A stretch of 64,000 nucleotides of DNA. Source: Chlamydiota bacterium (GTDB lineage Bacteria; Chlamydiota; Chlamydiia; Chlamydiales; JAAKFR01). The stretch covers positions 10,741 to 74,740 of the forward strand of contig JAJFLY010000008.1 in NCBI GenBank assembly GCA_021772455.1. The letters are read 5' to 3'. A model generated the notes under the pieces. The model was not told the DNA's origin. It saw nothing but the letters and a program-made list of their open reading frames with translations, and did no database searches. The translations under genes and the position numbers were made by a program. Shown piece after piece: positions 25,926 through 34,748 of this stretch (position 1 is its first letter; each line of letters starts with the position of its first letter).

Positions 25926-28275
25926 AATACCAACATCTGTCTATCGCTTTCAGCTAAACGGTGATTTTCCCCTAAAAAAAGCGATTCAATATCTCCCCTA
26001 TCTTAAAGATTTAGGTGTGGAGGGGGTCTATTGCTCTCCCTTTTATGATGCTTTTAGCCCACACGGATATGATGTCACCGATCCGAACAAACTCAATCCT
26101 CAAATCGGAACTCCCGAAGAGTTTGAAACGTTTTGTAAAACGCTTAAAAAACTAGGACTCAAGCAAATCCTCGATGTCGTTCCCAACCACATGGGTTTCA
26201 AGGGAGGCAAAAATAAATGGTGGCAAGATGTTCTCGAAAAGGGCCCAGGCTCTCAGTATGCCCACTTTTTTGATATCAATTGGAATCCTGAGAAACACGA
26301 GCTGCAAAACCGCGTCTTGCTCCCCATCTTAGGGACAAGTTTTGGTGAGGCTTTAGACACGAACGCCATTCAGCTCCACCATGAAAATGGACGTCATTGG
26401 TATACATATGGCGATTACATCCTTCCAGTGGCCCCTAATACCGATTCAAAATTGGATAAACAACACTATCGCCTAGCCTATTGGAAGGTGGCGAGTCACG
26501 AGATTAACTACCGCAGATTTTTTAACATCTCTGAGCTTGTTGCAATTCGGATTGAAGACGAAGATGTTTTAGAAGCGCACCACAAGTGGCTTTTCGAGCT
26601 CATAGAAAAAGGCTATGTTCAGGGCTTAAGGATCGATCATCCCGATGGCCTTTACGATCCGGTTACCTATTTTGATCGTTTGCGCGCCCGTTATCCAATC
26701 TACACTGTTGTCGAAAAAATTCTCGATCGAGAAGAAGATCTGCCCGAGAATTGGAAGGTAGAGGGGACGGTCGGCTATGAATATGTAAACGTATTAAACG
26801 GTCTTTTTATCGACCAAAGCCACGAGCGCGATTTGGATGCAATTTATCAAGAATTTATCAGAGAGGCTCTCGATTTTGATGAAATTGTCTATCAATCGAA
26901 AAAGCTTTTTGCCGAGTATGAAATGGTGAGCGAAGTGGAAGCGCTTGGATTTCTTCTCGACCGCCTCTCGGAAAAGAGTCCTTATTACCGCGACTTTACC
27001 CGTTACGATTTAACCAAAGCCCTATCTGAGGTGATCGCGTGTTTCCCGGTTTATCGCACTTATATTGCCCCTGGAGGGAAAGTCAGTACACGCGATTCCA
27101 AATACCTCACAGTTGCCATTGAAAAAGCGAAAATGCGCGCCACCGATCTCGACCCCTCGATTTTCGATTTTCTCGATAAGTTATTGCATCTGAAGTTGGG
27201 AGATGAAGAATTTGTTTTAAAATTCCAGCAGCTCACCGCCCCGCTTATGGCAAAAGGGGTAGAAGATACCGCATTTTATCGTTACAACCGCTTTATCGCC
27301 CTCAATGAAGTGGGAGGAGATCCCACCCATTTTGGGTATTCGGTCAGCGATTTCCACCGATTTAATCAAGAGAAACTGAAAAAATGGCCCTTGGGTTTCC
27401 TCGCATCCTCCACACACGACACCAAGAGAAGTGAAGATGTGCGGTATCGCCTCGATGTTTTGAGTGAGATTCCTAAAGCATGGCACAAAGAGGTTGTAAA
27501 ATGGAGTGCATCTGTAAAAAGTAAGGGCGTCTCAAAAAACACCCAATATTTGATTTTTCAGCTCCTTGTAGGCGTATGGCCGTGTGAAAAAGAGCGTCTT
27601 TGGGAAGTTGTGTTAAAATCGATCCGTGAGGCGAAGTTAGAGACAAATTGGATCTTTCCTGACCTCGCATACGAAAAGAAGGTGCGCAAATTTCTTTTTG
27701 AGCTGCTCGAAAACGCAAATATTCTCTTTTTCGTGCAGCAGATAGAGCATTTTGGCGCGCTTAATAGCTTATCAGCGACGGCCATAAAACTCGCTTCATG
27801 CGGAGTTGTCGATATCTATCAGGGGAATGAACTACTCAACTACCAACTTGTCGACCCCGATAACCGCACTCCCGTCGATTTTGAATGGCGTGAAAAAGAG
27901 TTAATGGCGATTAAAAAGGGTGACACCTCCAACTTGAGTCGGTTAAAAGGGTTTTTGCATTGGAAGGGGCTTCATTTCCGCCACGACCACCCCGCCCTTT
28001 TTCTGGAAGGTGATTACATACCTTTAGAAGTGAAGGGACAAAAAAATAAGCACTTAATCGCCTTTATGCGCATGCATGGAAAAGAGGCCTTGATCGTCTT
28101 AGCTGGGCGCTTTTTTGCCTCCCTCGAAGATGATTGGGAAGATACGGAGGTTGTCATCCCGAAAGACTACACATGGACCGAAATTTTTACGGATACGAAG
28201 ATCACAAATTTCTTAGTTTCCGATATTTTTAAGCAACTACCTGTTGGGTATATTTATGGAAAAAGTAGCAGCTGA
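25912..28275 (+). CDS. treY: malto-oligosyltrehalose synthase (787 aa)
   Basis: I trimmed the start to the ATG at 25912, which overlaps the treS stop by 14 nt. GH13 motifs DVVPNHMG, GLRIDHPDGL, VVEKIL; FLASSTHDTKRSEDVR is typical of TreY. Confidence 0.9.
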   Translation: MNLSEIPTSVYRFQLNGDFPLKKAIQYLPYLKDLGVEGVYCSPFYDAFSPHGYDVTDPNKLNPQIGTPEEFETFCKTLKKLGLKQILDVVPNHMGFKGGKNKWWQDVLEKGPGSQYAHFFDINWNPEKHELQNRVLLPILGTSFGEALDTNAIQLHHENGRHWYTYGDYILPVAPNTDSKLDKQHYRLAYWKVASHEINYRRFFNISELVAIRIEDEDVLEAHHKWLFELIEKGYVQGLRIDHPDGLYDPVTYFDRLRARYPIYTVVEKILDREEDLPENWKVEGTVGYEYVNVLNGLFIDQSHERDLDAIYQEFIREALDFDEIVYQSKKLFAEYEMVSEVEALGFLLDRLSEKSPYYRDFTRYDLTKALSEVIACFPVYRTYIAPGGKVSTRDSKYLTVAIEKAKMRATDLDPSIFDFLDKLLHLKLGDEEFVLKFQQLTAPLMAKGVEDTAFYRYNRFIALNEVGGDPTHFGYSVSDFHRFNQEKLKKWPLGFLASSTHDTKRSEDVRYRLDVLSEIPKAWHKEVVKWSASVKSKGVSKNTQYLIFQLLVGVWPCEKERLWEVVLKSIREAKLETNWIFPDLAYEKKVRKFLFELLENANILFFVQQIEHFGALNSLSATAIKLASCGVVDIYQGNELLNYQLVDPDNRTPVDFEWREKELMAIKKGDTSNLSRLKGFLHWKGLHFRHDHPALFLEGDYIPLEVKGQKNKHLIAFMRMHGKEALIVLAGRFFASLEDDWEDTEVVIPKDYTWTEIFTDTKITNFLVSDIFKQLPVGYIYGKSSS

Positions 28276-30028
28276 AAAAACATGGCAACTAGGACTTGGA
28301 GCCAACTTCGACAAAAATGGGAACACGACCTTTAAGGTTTGGGCTCCTTATCGCTCTTCTTTGCAATTGAAAGTGGTTGGAAAAGAGACCTATTCGATGA
28401 AGCGCGATCGAGATGGATTCCATACATTCCAAACCGATCAAGTCGTTCCTGGAGACCAGTATTATTATATAACGATTCACGACCGGGCAAGACCTGACCC
28501 AGTATCAAGATCTTTGCCCCACGGTGTTCATGGCCCCACAGAAGTAATCGATCCCCACGCCTTTACTTGGGATGATCAAGAGTGGAAGGGGATTGCCATA
28601 CGTGATGCGATTCTCTACGAAATGCATGTTGGCGTCTACACTCCCGAGGGTACTTTTGATGCAGCAATCGGCAAACTCCCGTATTTGAAAGATTTAGGGA
28701 TCAATTGCATCGAGATTATGCCCCTTGCCCAATTCCCGGGCCGTTTTAATTGGGGATACGATGGAGCCTCTCTCTACGCACCTTTTGGCGGGTACGGAGG
28801 AGCTGAAGGATTTAGGCGTTTTGTCAATGCATGCCATAAAGCAGAAATTGCTGTCTGTTTAGATGTTGTTTACAATCATCTTGGTCCCGAAGGAAACCAC
28901 CTACAAGAATTTGGTCCCTATTTTAGCCATATCTACCACACTCCATGGGGTAAAGGCTTTAATTATGATGGCATGAATAACGGCACAGTTCGTGAGTATG
29001 TGATTAACAACGCCCTTTACTGGATGCACGAGTATCATGTCGATATGCTGCGTCTCGATGCCGTTCATGGGATTTATGATATCAGCGCTATACCCATGCT
29101 GCAGGAATTAACCCAAGCCGTCCAAGAAGCTTCCACGAATTTAGGACGCAAGCTCCACGTTATCGCTGAAACGGGTCTCAATGATACACGGGCGATTCGC
29201 ACCAAAGAGTATGGTGGGATGGATCTGTGTGCCATTTGGAACGATGATTTTCATCACACAGCTCACGTCGCACTCACCGGGGAAAAGACGACCTATTACA
29301 GCGATTACAACGGCCTTCTTGACTTGGCCACTACCCTTTCAAAAGGTTTTGTCTACGATGGAAAATTCTCCGAATTTAGAAAATGTCGCCACGGCAACTC
29401 AGCTGCAGATATCCCTTTCGAGAAGTTGATCGTCTTTCTTCAAAACCACGACCAGACAGGAAATCGTCCCATGGGCGATCGCCTTTCGACACTTGTAAGC
29501 AAAAATAGACTGAAAGTAACAGCCTGCATGACCTTGTTATCTCCCTCGGTTCCCATGTTGTTCATGGGTGAAGAGTATGGAGAGACCGCTCCCTTTGAAT
29601 ACTTTGTTGATTATGAGAATGAAGCGTTGATGAACTCCATTTTCCAAGGGCGCAAACACGAGTTTCATTGTGACGATATGCCCTATCCAGGTGAAGAGTC
29701 TTTCAATAATTCCCAATTGACGTGGAAGGAAGATAGCGAGATGCTTACGCTCTATAAGACCCTCATCAACATCCGTAAGAACAACCGCCCAAAAGAAGGC
29801 ATTACGGGCGTAGACATCCACGTTTATAGCTCAGAGGAAGAGGAGTGGGTTGCTTGGGAGTATCCGACAGAAAAAGGGGAGTGGCTCGGAGTTTTTCTCT
29901 ATCTCGGTTCTGAAAAATTGGCTTTTTGCCCACCTTTTCAAAAAGCAAAGGGAGAGATTCTCCTGGCAACTCAAAAAACGGATCAAGGGCAGTTATGTCC
30001 AGATACGTGTTTAGTTATAGGGTCATAG
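28256..30028 (+). CDS. treZ: malto-oligosyltrehalose trehalohydrolase (590 aa)
   Basis: The ATG at 28256 overlaps the treY stop by 20 nt. GH13 motifs DVVYNHLGPEGN, MLRLDAVHGI, VIAETGLND, FLQNHDQTGNR. Confidence 0.9.
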   Translation: MEKVAAEKTWQLGLGANFDKNGNTTFKVWAPYRSSLQLKVVGKETYSMKRDRDGFHTFQTDQVVPGDQYYYITIHDRARPDPVSRSLPHGVHGPTEVIDPHAFTWDDQEWKGIAIRDAILYEMHVGVYTPEGTFDAAIGKLPYLKDLGINCIEIMPLAQFPGRFNWGYDGASLYAPFGGYGGAEGFRRFVNACHKAEIAVCLDVVYNHLGPEGNHLQEFGPYFSHIYHTPWGKGFNYDGMNNGTVREYVINNALYWMHEYHVDMLRLDAVHGIYDISAIPMLQELTQAVQEASTNLGRKLHVIAETGLNDTRAIRTKEYGGMDLCAIWNDDFHHTAHVALTGEKTTYYSDYNGLLDLATTLSKGFVYDGKFSEFRKCRHGNSAADIPFEKLIVFLQNHDQTGNRPMGDRLSTLVSKNRLKVTACMTLLSPSVPMLFMGEEYGETAPFEYFVDYENEALMNSIFQGRKHEFHCDDMPYPGEESFNNSQLTWKEDSEMLTLYKTLINIRKNNRPKEGITGVDIHVYSSEEEEWVAWEYPTEKGEWLGVFLYLGSEKLAFCPPFQKAKGEILLATQKTDQGQLCPDTCLVIGS

Positions 30029-30593
30029 CAAGGTTAAACATCACATGGGCAGCTATTGGAGCAGATAGATCCTTCCGAGTTTCTCTCAAGATACCAAAAG
30101 CTACACCGAGTGTAGTTGTCAAGCTGAGTAGAACAAAATTGGTTAGAGAAGATTGAAAAGGTGATAAATGCATCGCCCCGAATATGAGTGCCACAAGAGC
30201 AATACGGGCGATTTTTTTTATTCTTGAGGGATGCTCTCCCTGACAGAGTTCAATTTTGTCGTTTAAAAGTCCACGGAACATGATTTCTTCTAAAACAGGA
30301 GCTCCTATTACGACATAGCCCCGCCATAAACCTCTCCAAGCGAAATCCATTAATGGGTGAGCATTTTGAAATACATTGAAGATTTGAATAGTCTCTTGTG
30401 AGATTGAAAACCAAGAGTAGTGTGTCTGCAATGTATGGAAAACAGCTCCAGCGGCTAGAAAAAGACCGATTCCTACAATAATACCAATCGCAACATTCTT
30501 AGCCCTAGCGCATCCTTCGCTCGGAAACCAATTATTAATCGGAAGCATATCATGAAATGCTTCTTCAAATACTCCTTGATAGGCTGACGTCAT
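30015..30593 (-). CDS. CPBP (CAAX) family intramembrane glutamic endopeptidase (192 aa)
   Basis: Motifs EEIMFRG, FGAMH, HVMFN within a polytopic membrane protein. Confidence 0.75.
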   Translation of the reverse strand: MTSAYQGVFEEAFHDMLPINNWFPSEGCARAKNVAIGIIVGIGLFLAAGAVFHTLQTHYSWFSISQETIQIFNVFQNAHPLMDFAWRGLWRGYVVIGAPVLEEIMFRGLLNDKIELCQGEHPSRIKKIARIALVALIFGAMHLSPFQSSLTNFVLLSLTTTLGVAFGILRETRKDLSAPIAAHVMFNLAMTL

Positions 30594-31399
30594 AATACTA
30601 CCTCATTATTTTCAAATGAGCCAAACTTCTTGAAGGGGATGGGAGCGGTAATGGTAAGCCGCTTACCAGTGAACGGGTGGGTAAACGAAATCCTGTGAGC
30701 ATGCAAACAGAGACGCTCCTTATGAAGTGAGCCGTAGCGCTTGTCACCCATCACCGGATATCCCGCTTCCATGCACTGGACACGGATTTGGTGTTTCTTT
30801 CCGGTTTCGAGGCGGAGGCGCAGGTAGGTGAATTTCTTAGTGCGGCGGATTACTTTATAATGGGTAATGGCGAGCTTCCCAAGTTCGGGGGTTGTCACCT
30901 CAACATCGTAGTTTTCCTTCTCGCGCAGATAACTCTCCCAAGTCCCACTCTGATCAGGAATATTTCCCTCAACAATCGCTAGATATTCACGCTCTAGCTC
31001 ATGTTTTTCAAACATCTCGTCAAACCGCTCTTGGGATTGGACGCCACGTGCAAAGATGAGAGTGCCCGAAGTATCTTGATCGATCCGATGGACAGGGAGT
31101 GCTGAATACCCCTCGCGAAGAAGAGAGAGGGCGCTTGGAAGGTCGTTTTCGGCAGGAACGCTTAAGAGACCCGATGGCTTATCGATAACTATGAGATAGC
31201 GATCTTCGTAAAGGATGGGGATGCTTTCAACGATCTTATCTTTTTTGCCTATTGTAATTTCTTGATCGGGAGTAAGAAGTTCGTTTGCTTTGGTTGTAAC
31301 AGCTCCATCTACTGCGACACGCCCCCACTTAATCCAGCTAAGCAGAGTGCGGCGCGAACTGTCAGGATATTTAGCCTGCAGGGTTTGGATTAGATTCAT
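30590..31399 (-). CDS. RluA-family 23S rRNA pseudouridine synthase with an S4 domain (269 aa)
   Basis: Catalytic HRIDQDTSGTLIFA and an N-terminal S4-like LLSWIKWGRVAVDG. I trimmed the start to the ATG at 31399, which forms an ATGA overlap with the upstream stop. Confidence 0.85.
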   Translation of the reverse strand: MNLIQTLQAKYPDSSRRTLLSWIKWGRVAVDGAVTTKANELLTPDQEITIGKKDKIVESIPILYEDRYLIVIDKPSGLLSVPAENDLPSALSLLREGYSALPVHRIDQDTSGTLIFARGVQSQERFDEMFEKHELEREYLAIVEGNIPDQSGTWESYLREKENYDVEVTTPELGKLAITHYKVIRRTKKFTYLRLRLETGKKHQIRVQCMEAGYPVMGDKRYGSLHKERLCLHAHRISFTHPFTGKRLTITAPIPFKKFGSFENNEVVL

Positions 31400-31746
31400 A
31401 TGCGGCGACTCGGGGAAGCTAGGGACCAAAGGAACCAGTTAATGAGCGCGACAATCATGGCAAAAAGAATCGCCCAACCGAAATTGTCGACTGTAAACCC
31501 GGGCACAATGGCGCTTACGAGATAGACGAGTAGGCCCATGATCACAAAAGAGAAAAGACCGAGAGTGAGAATATTGATCGGAAGGGTTAGAATGAAGATA
31601 ATAGGGCGCAAAATCGCGTTGACTATCCCTAAAATGATTGCTACAACGATGCTCGTTGTGAAACTGTGCATCTGAATGCCAGGGAGAATAAATCCTGTCA
31701 CCCAAACAGCGATCGTATTAATCAAAATTGCGAGTAAAATGGCCAT
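31396..31746 (-). CDS. phage-holin-4 / YvlD (DUF360) family membrane protein (116 aa)
   Basis: Signature GIVNAILRPIIFILTLPINILTLGLFSFVI and 3-4 TM segments. Confidence 0.75.
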   Translation of the reverse strand: MAILLAILINTIAVWVTGFILPGIQMHSFTTSIVVAIILGIVNAILRPIIFILTLPINILTLGLFSFVIMGLLVYLVSAIVPGFTVDNFGWAILFAMIVALINWFLWSLASPSRRI

Positions 31747-32275
31747 AGTTCTTGTCGTGATTGTTTTTTGTTATTTAAGTATAGCAATTGTGGGGTTTTC
31801 TTTACACTATGGAATTTCCCCTATGCCCTCCTCGCTCAAAGCAAAAACTGCCATCCTCTCATTATTCCCAGAAAATCTACAAAATATTTTTGAATTGGGC
31901 TCTGGATGGGGGAATCTGATTTTCCCTCTGGCAAAACGGTTTCCTGCAGCCCAGATTCAAGCATTTGAAGGTTCGCATCTTCCTTGGGCTTTTTCCTGGG
32001 GATTTCAAAAAATTACCCGCTTTCCCAACTTGACGATTAAAAGAAAAAATTTTTACCAAGTCTCGCTTAAAGAGGCAGACATCGTGGTCTGTTATCTCTA
32101 TCCGGGGGCGATGAAGCGTTTAAAAGGGAAGTTTCTAAAAGAATTAAAGCCGGGCACGCTTGTGGTTTCAAACACTTTTGCGATACCCGGCTGGATCCCA
32201 GAAAAAGTCGTAAGAGTTAACGATTTCTGGCGTTCTCACGTTTATCTATACAGCGTGCCTCTTAGCAACAGCTGA
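31739..32275 (+). CDS. membrane-anchored class I SAM-dependent methyltransferase-like protein (178 aa)
   Basis: I trimmed the start to the ATG at 31739. There is an N-terminal TM helix, SAM motif I FELGSGWGNL and VVCYLYPG (motif II-like). Confidence 0.55.
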   Translation: MAIVLVVIVFCYLSIAIVGFSLHYGISPMPSSLKAKTAILSLFPENLQNIFELGSGWGNLIFPLAKRFPAAQIQAFEGSHLPWAFSWGFQKITRFPNLTIKRKNFYQVSLKEADIVVCYLYPGAMKRLKGKFLKELKPGTLVVSNTFAIPGWIPEKVVRVNDFWRSHVYLYSVPLSNS

Positions 32276-32800
32276 GATTGCCAAGCTGGCTAAGAACCAG
32301 GCGATGACAAAATCGGCGATCTCCACCCCAACAAAGCTGGGGGAAAAACCCCACCATACCCAGTTTGGTAGAGCGCTTACAATGCCCATGGCAAGTCCCA
32401 AGACTGTCACGAACCAAACGCCTTTGCAATACCCAGGAGCTCTTGTAAGTAAAAGCAAGTAGGTGACCAAAAATGCACCTATCGCCTGGATGATAAAGGC
32501 GTATACATAAGGAGCTGGTGAGTTGTAATCAAAGCCATCGCGTCGAATAGAAGCAAAGATTACAGGTCCTTTTTTTGTTTTTTCGGCACTGATCTCCATA
32601 TCTTCATCTTTGCACATGCCCGGTAAAACATAGATTCCGTTTTCGGTCGTATTTTCCATCATGACAGAGCTCACTGCCGCGTCATCATGAAAGGTGTTCA
32701 TCGTTTCACAATGCCATGGAATGAACATCCATGAGACCATCATCCAAACAAAGACAATGACTGCACCAGTAAGAGTTCCTAAAAATAGTGATTTTCCCAT
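32246..32800 (-). CDS. integral membrane protein (184 aa)
   Basis: An N-terminal TM helix plus three C-terminal TM helices. No motif recognised. Confidence 0.5.
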   Translation of the reverse strand: MGKSLFLGTLTGAVIVFVWMMVSWMFIPWHCETMNTFHDDAAVSSVMMENTTENGIYVLPGMCKDEDMEISAEKTKKGPVIFASIRRDGFDYNSPAPYVYAFIIQAIGAFLVTYLLLLTRAPGYCKGVWFVTVLGLAMGIVSALPNWVWWGFSPSFVGVEIADFVIAWFLASLAISAVAKRHAV

Positions 32801-32823
32801 AAGCCTCCGGTATTTCGGTTTTC

Positions 32824-32852
32824 AAAAAAAAATACCATAGGGGCCTATTTGG
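32824..32852 (-). terminator. possible intrinsic terminator after adk
   Basis: On the minus strand, a weak GC hairpin (CCAAATAGGCCCCTATGG) is followed by TA + T9, about 33 nt after the adk stop. Confidence 0.35.
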
Positions 32853-32884
32853 TGTACACCAGATCTAGTAGATATTGGGCTTGT

Positions 32885-33586
32885 CTACTTTAGCATCGCA
32901 TCTAGCTGTTTGACGGTTTCTTCCTTAGAAACAGCTCCATCAATCAGGATGAGCGAACCTTTGGCCTGATAGTGGGCCTTGACCGGCTCTGTTTGTTTGT
33001 GGAAGACCTTCAGGCGGTCGAGAACAACCTCTTTGGTGTCATCCTTCCTTTGGATCAATTTACCTCCACAACGGTCGCAAATCCCTTCCTGCTTTGGAGG
33101 GCTGGCCACCATATGGTAAGGAGCACCACAATCCTCGCAGACGATACGACCAGATAGCCGCTCAACAATCACCTCATCGGAGACCTCGAGGCTGATTGCG
33201 ATTACACGTCCCTTTAGTCTGGAATCGAGAGCCTCAGCTTGGGGAATGGTGCGGGGGAAGCCGTCTAGAATATAACCAGCTTGGCAGTCGGGGGCTTTGA
33301 TCCGCTCAAAAAGCATATCTAAGACGACCTCGTCAGGGACGAGCTGCCCTTTGTCCATGTAGCTTTTGGCTTTTTGGCCGACGGGAGTTTCATTGCGTAA
33401 ATTTTCGCGGAAAAGATCGCCTGTGGAGATTTGAGGGATTCCCATTTTCTCACTTAAGCGGACCGCCTGGGTCCCTTTTCCAGCTCCAGGGGCGCCTAAC
33501 ATAATCAATACGGTTTGTGGATCTTCAGCTGGTTTCATGGCAAATAGTGGCAGGGCTAAAAGTGTTATCAGGGCAAAAAATTTCAT
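32885..33586 (-). CDS. adk: adenylate kinase with an N-terminal signal-peptide-like extension (233 aa)
   Basis: P-loop GAPGAGKGTQA and a Zn-lid Cys4 (CEDCGAPYH...CDRCGG). The first 16 residues, MKFFALITLLALPLFA, are hydrophobic. A GAGGAAGAGAG Shine-Dalgarno-like element lies ~9 nt upstream of this ATG. Confidence 0.9.
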   Translation of the reverse strand: MKFFALITLLALPLFAMKPAEDPQTVLIMLGAPGAGKGTQAVRLSEKMGIPQISTGDLFRENLRNETPVGQKAKSYMDKGQLVPDEVVLDMLFERIKAPDCQAGYILDGFPRTIPQAEALDSRLKGRVIAISLEVSDEVIVERLSGRIVCEDCGAPYHMVASPPKQEGICDRCGGKLIQRKDDTKEVVLDRLKVFHKQTEPVKAHYQAKGSLILIDGAVSKEETVKQLDAMLK

Positions 33587-33640
33587 CTACACTAACTCTC
33601 TTCCTCTATAAAGAAAAGGATTATGCCATATTTTTGAGGC

Positions 33641-34294
33641 TTATGCAATCACTGGGATGATGAGATTAGTTACTTGTAGAGAGTGTTCGTGGAATCCAGC
33701 TTCATAGAGATCGCGGGCAATCCCTTGCAGTGTCTCTGTTCTGACAGTAACATCTCTCAATTGAACGATCTCATCGATTCTCCGCAAGGCGCCAGCTAAA
33801 TGAAATGCTTTATCAAAAACCGGAGACTGAGGGCGCTTAGAGCGTTCCGCTCTTTCATACTCTTTATTTCCTAGATCCGCTAATTCGCAACACGCTTTCT
33901 CTCTTGCATCTTCTGAATCTTGAAGCAATAATGGATCTAGTATCGAATCAAATTTTAATTTTTGCTCTAAATGAAATCTTCTTTTTTCTACTATATCTGA
34001 CAAGGCTCGCCATTGCCTACAAACGGCCTTTGTTGATTTTAAATCATTACGAGGAAGATGAAGGAGCACGTTATGAATAATTTCGAGAGGAAGTACTTGA
34101 TTCTCTAGATTAAATTTTGTTTGTTCCACCGCAGTCCATAACTTATAAAAAGCGGCCTCTGCAGGTTTTAAATCCTCGTGCGGAAGATAAAGGAGTACTT
34201 TTTTAAAAATTTCGGGAGGGAGCTGATTTTTTATCAGACTTTCCTCGCTTGAAAATTGAGGAAGCTCACCACCTCTGTTTGTTACTGCGCTCAT
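33641..34294 (-). CDS. eukaryote-like protein with two tandem F-box motifs (218 aa)
   Basis: I trimmed the ORF-track TTG extension to the ATG at 34294. LPPEIFKKVLLYLPHEDLKPAEAAFYKLW and LPLEIIHNVLLHLPRNDLKSTKAVCRQWRAL match the F-box consensus LPxEIlxxIlxxLxxxDLxxxxxVCKxW. Confidence 0.7.
   Translation of the reverse strand: MSAVTNRGGELPQFSSEESLIKNQLPPEIFKKVLLYLPHEDLKPAEAAFYKLWTAVEQTKFNLENQVLPLEIIHNVLLHLPRNDLKSTKAVCRQWRALSDIVEKRRFHLEQKLKFDSILDPLLLQDSEDAREKACCELADLGNKEYERAERSKRPQSPVFDKAFHLAGALRRIDEIVQLRDVTVRTETLQGIARDLYEAGFHEHSLQVTNLIIPVIA
33962..34222 (-). repeat. tandem duplication (~43-aa period) of the F-box module at protein level
   Basis: Residues 25-67 and 68-111 of the trimmed protein align position by position (LPxEI..VLL.LP..DLK...A...W......K/R.F.LE). 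Confidence 0.6.
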
Positions 34295-34748
34295 ATTATT
34301 ACTAATGGTTATTAAACAACCAATTATATCAATTTTTCGTAAGTCACACAATAACAAACGTTTATATGACAATTTAAAATAAATACTAGTAGTGGGATTG
34401 TTGAAGAATAGCTCTATTCTCCCCTTTTGGCTGCTTTTTGCCCAATTTGAACGATCGCTCGCTCGCCGTATGGGAAATACTGTCTTCGCTCGCGATCGTC
34501 CAACTCGAACAAAAATCACCAAAAGCTCTATTTTTACGCTCTCAAGGATCGATCTTCCTAAGATTATAACACATGCACAGTAGAGTGAATTGAAGTGAGT
34601 TTTTGAGCCAACTCCGATACCGCACTCGTCTATTGGATACTGAATTTCTGGATCGGGGCGCTTAAGATAAGTTTGACATCTGCCGTCTCCGGTGTTAATA
34701 CAATCGCTTTCATAACTCCTGTTCTAACACACTGGTTTGATATACGAA

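Noticed and set aside
32850-32861. A perfect 12-bp palindrome, TGGTGTACACCA, followed by AGATCT, downstream of adk.
   Set aside because: It could be an operator or part of the terminator. It occurs only once, lies in a 3' region rather than a promoter, and no cognate regulator is evident.
34295-34522. A 76-codon 5' extension of the F-box ORF (ORF track start 34522).
   Set aside because: It starts at a TTG. The extension is Arg/Ser/Ile-rich with no features. The first ATG (34294) gives a protein that begins just before the first F-box.
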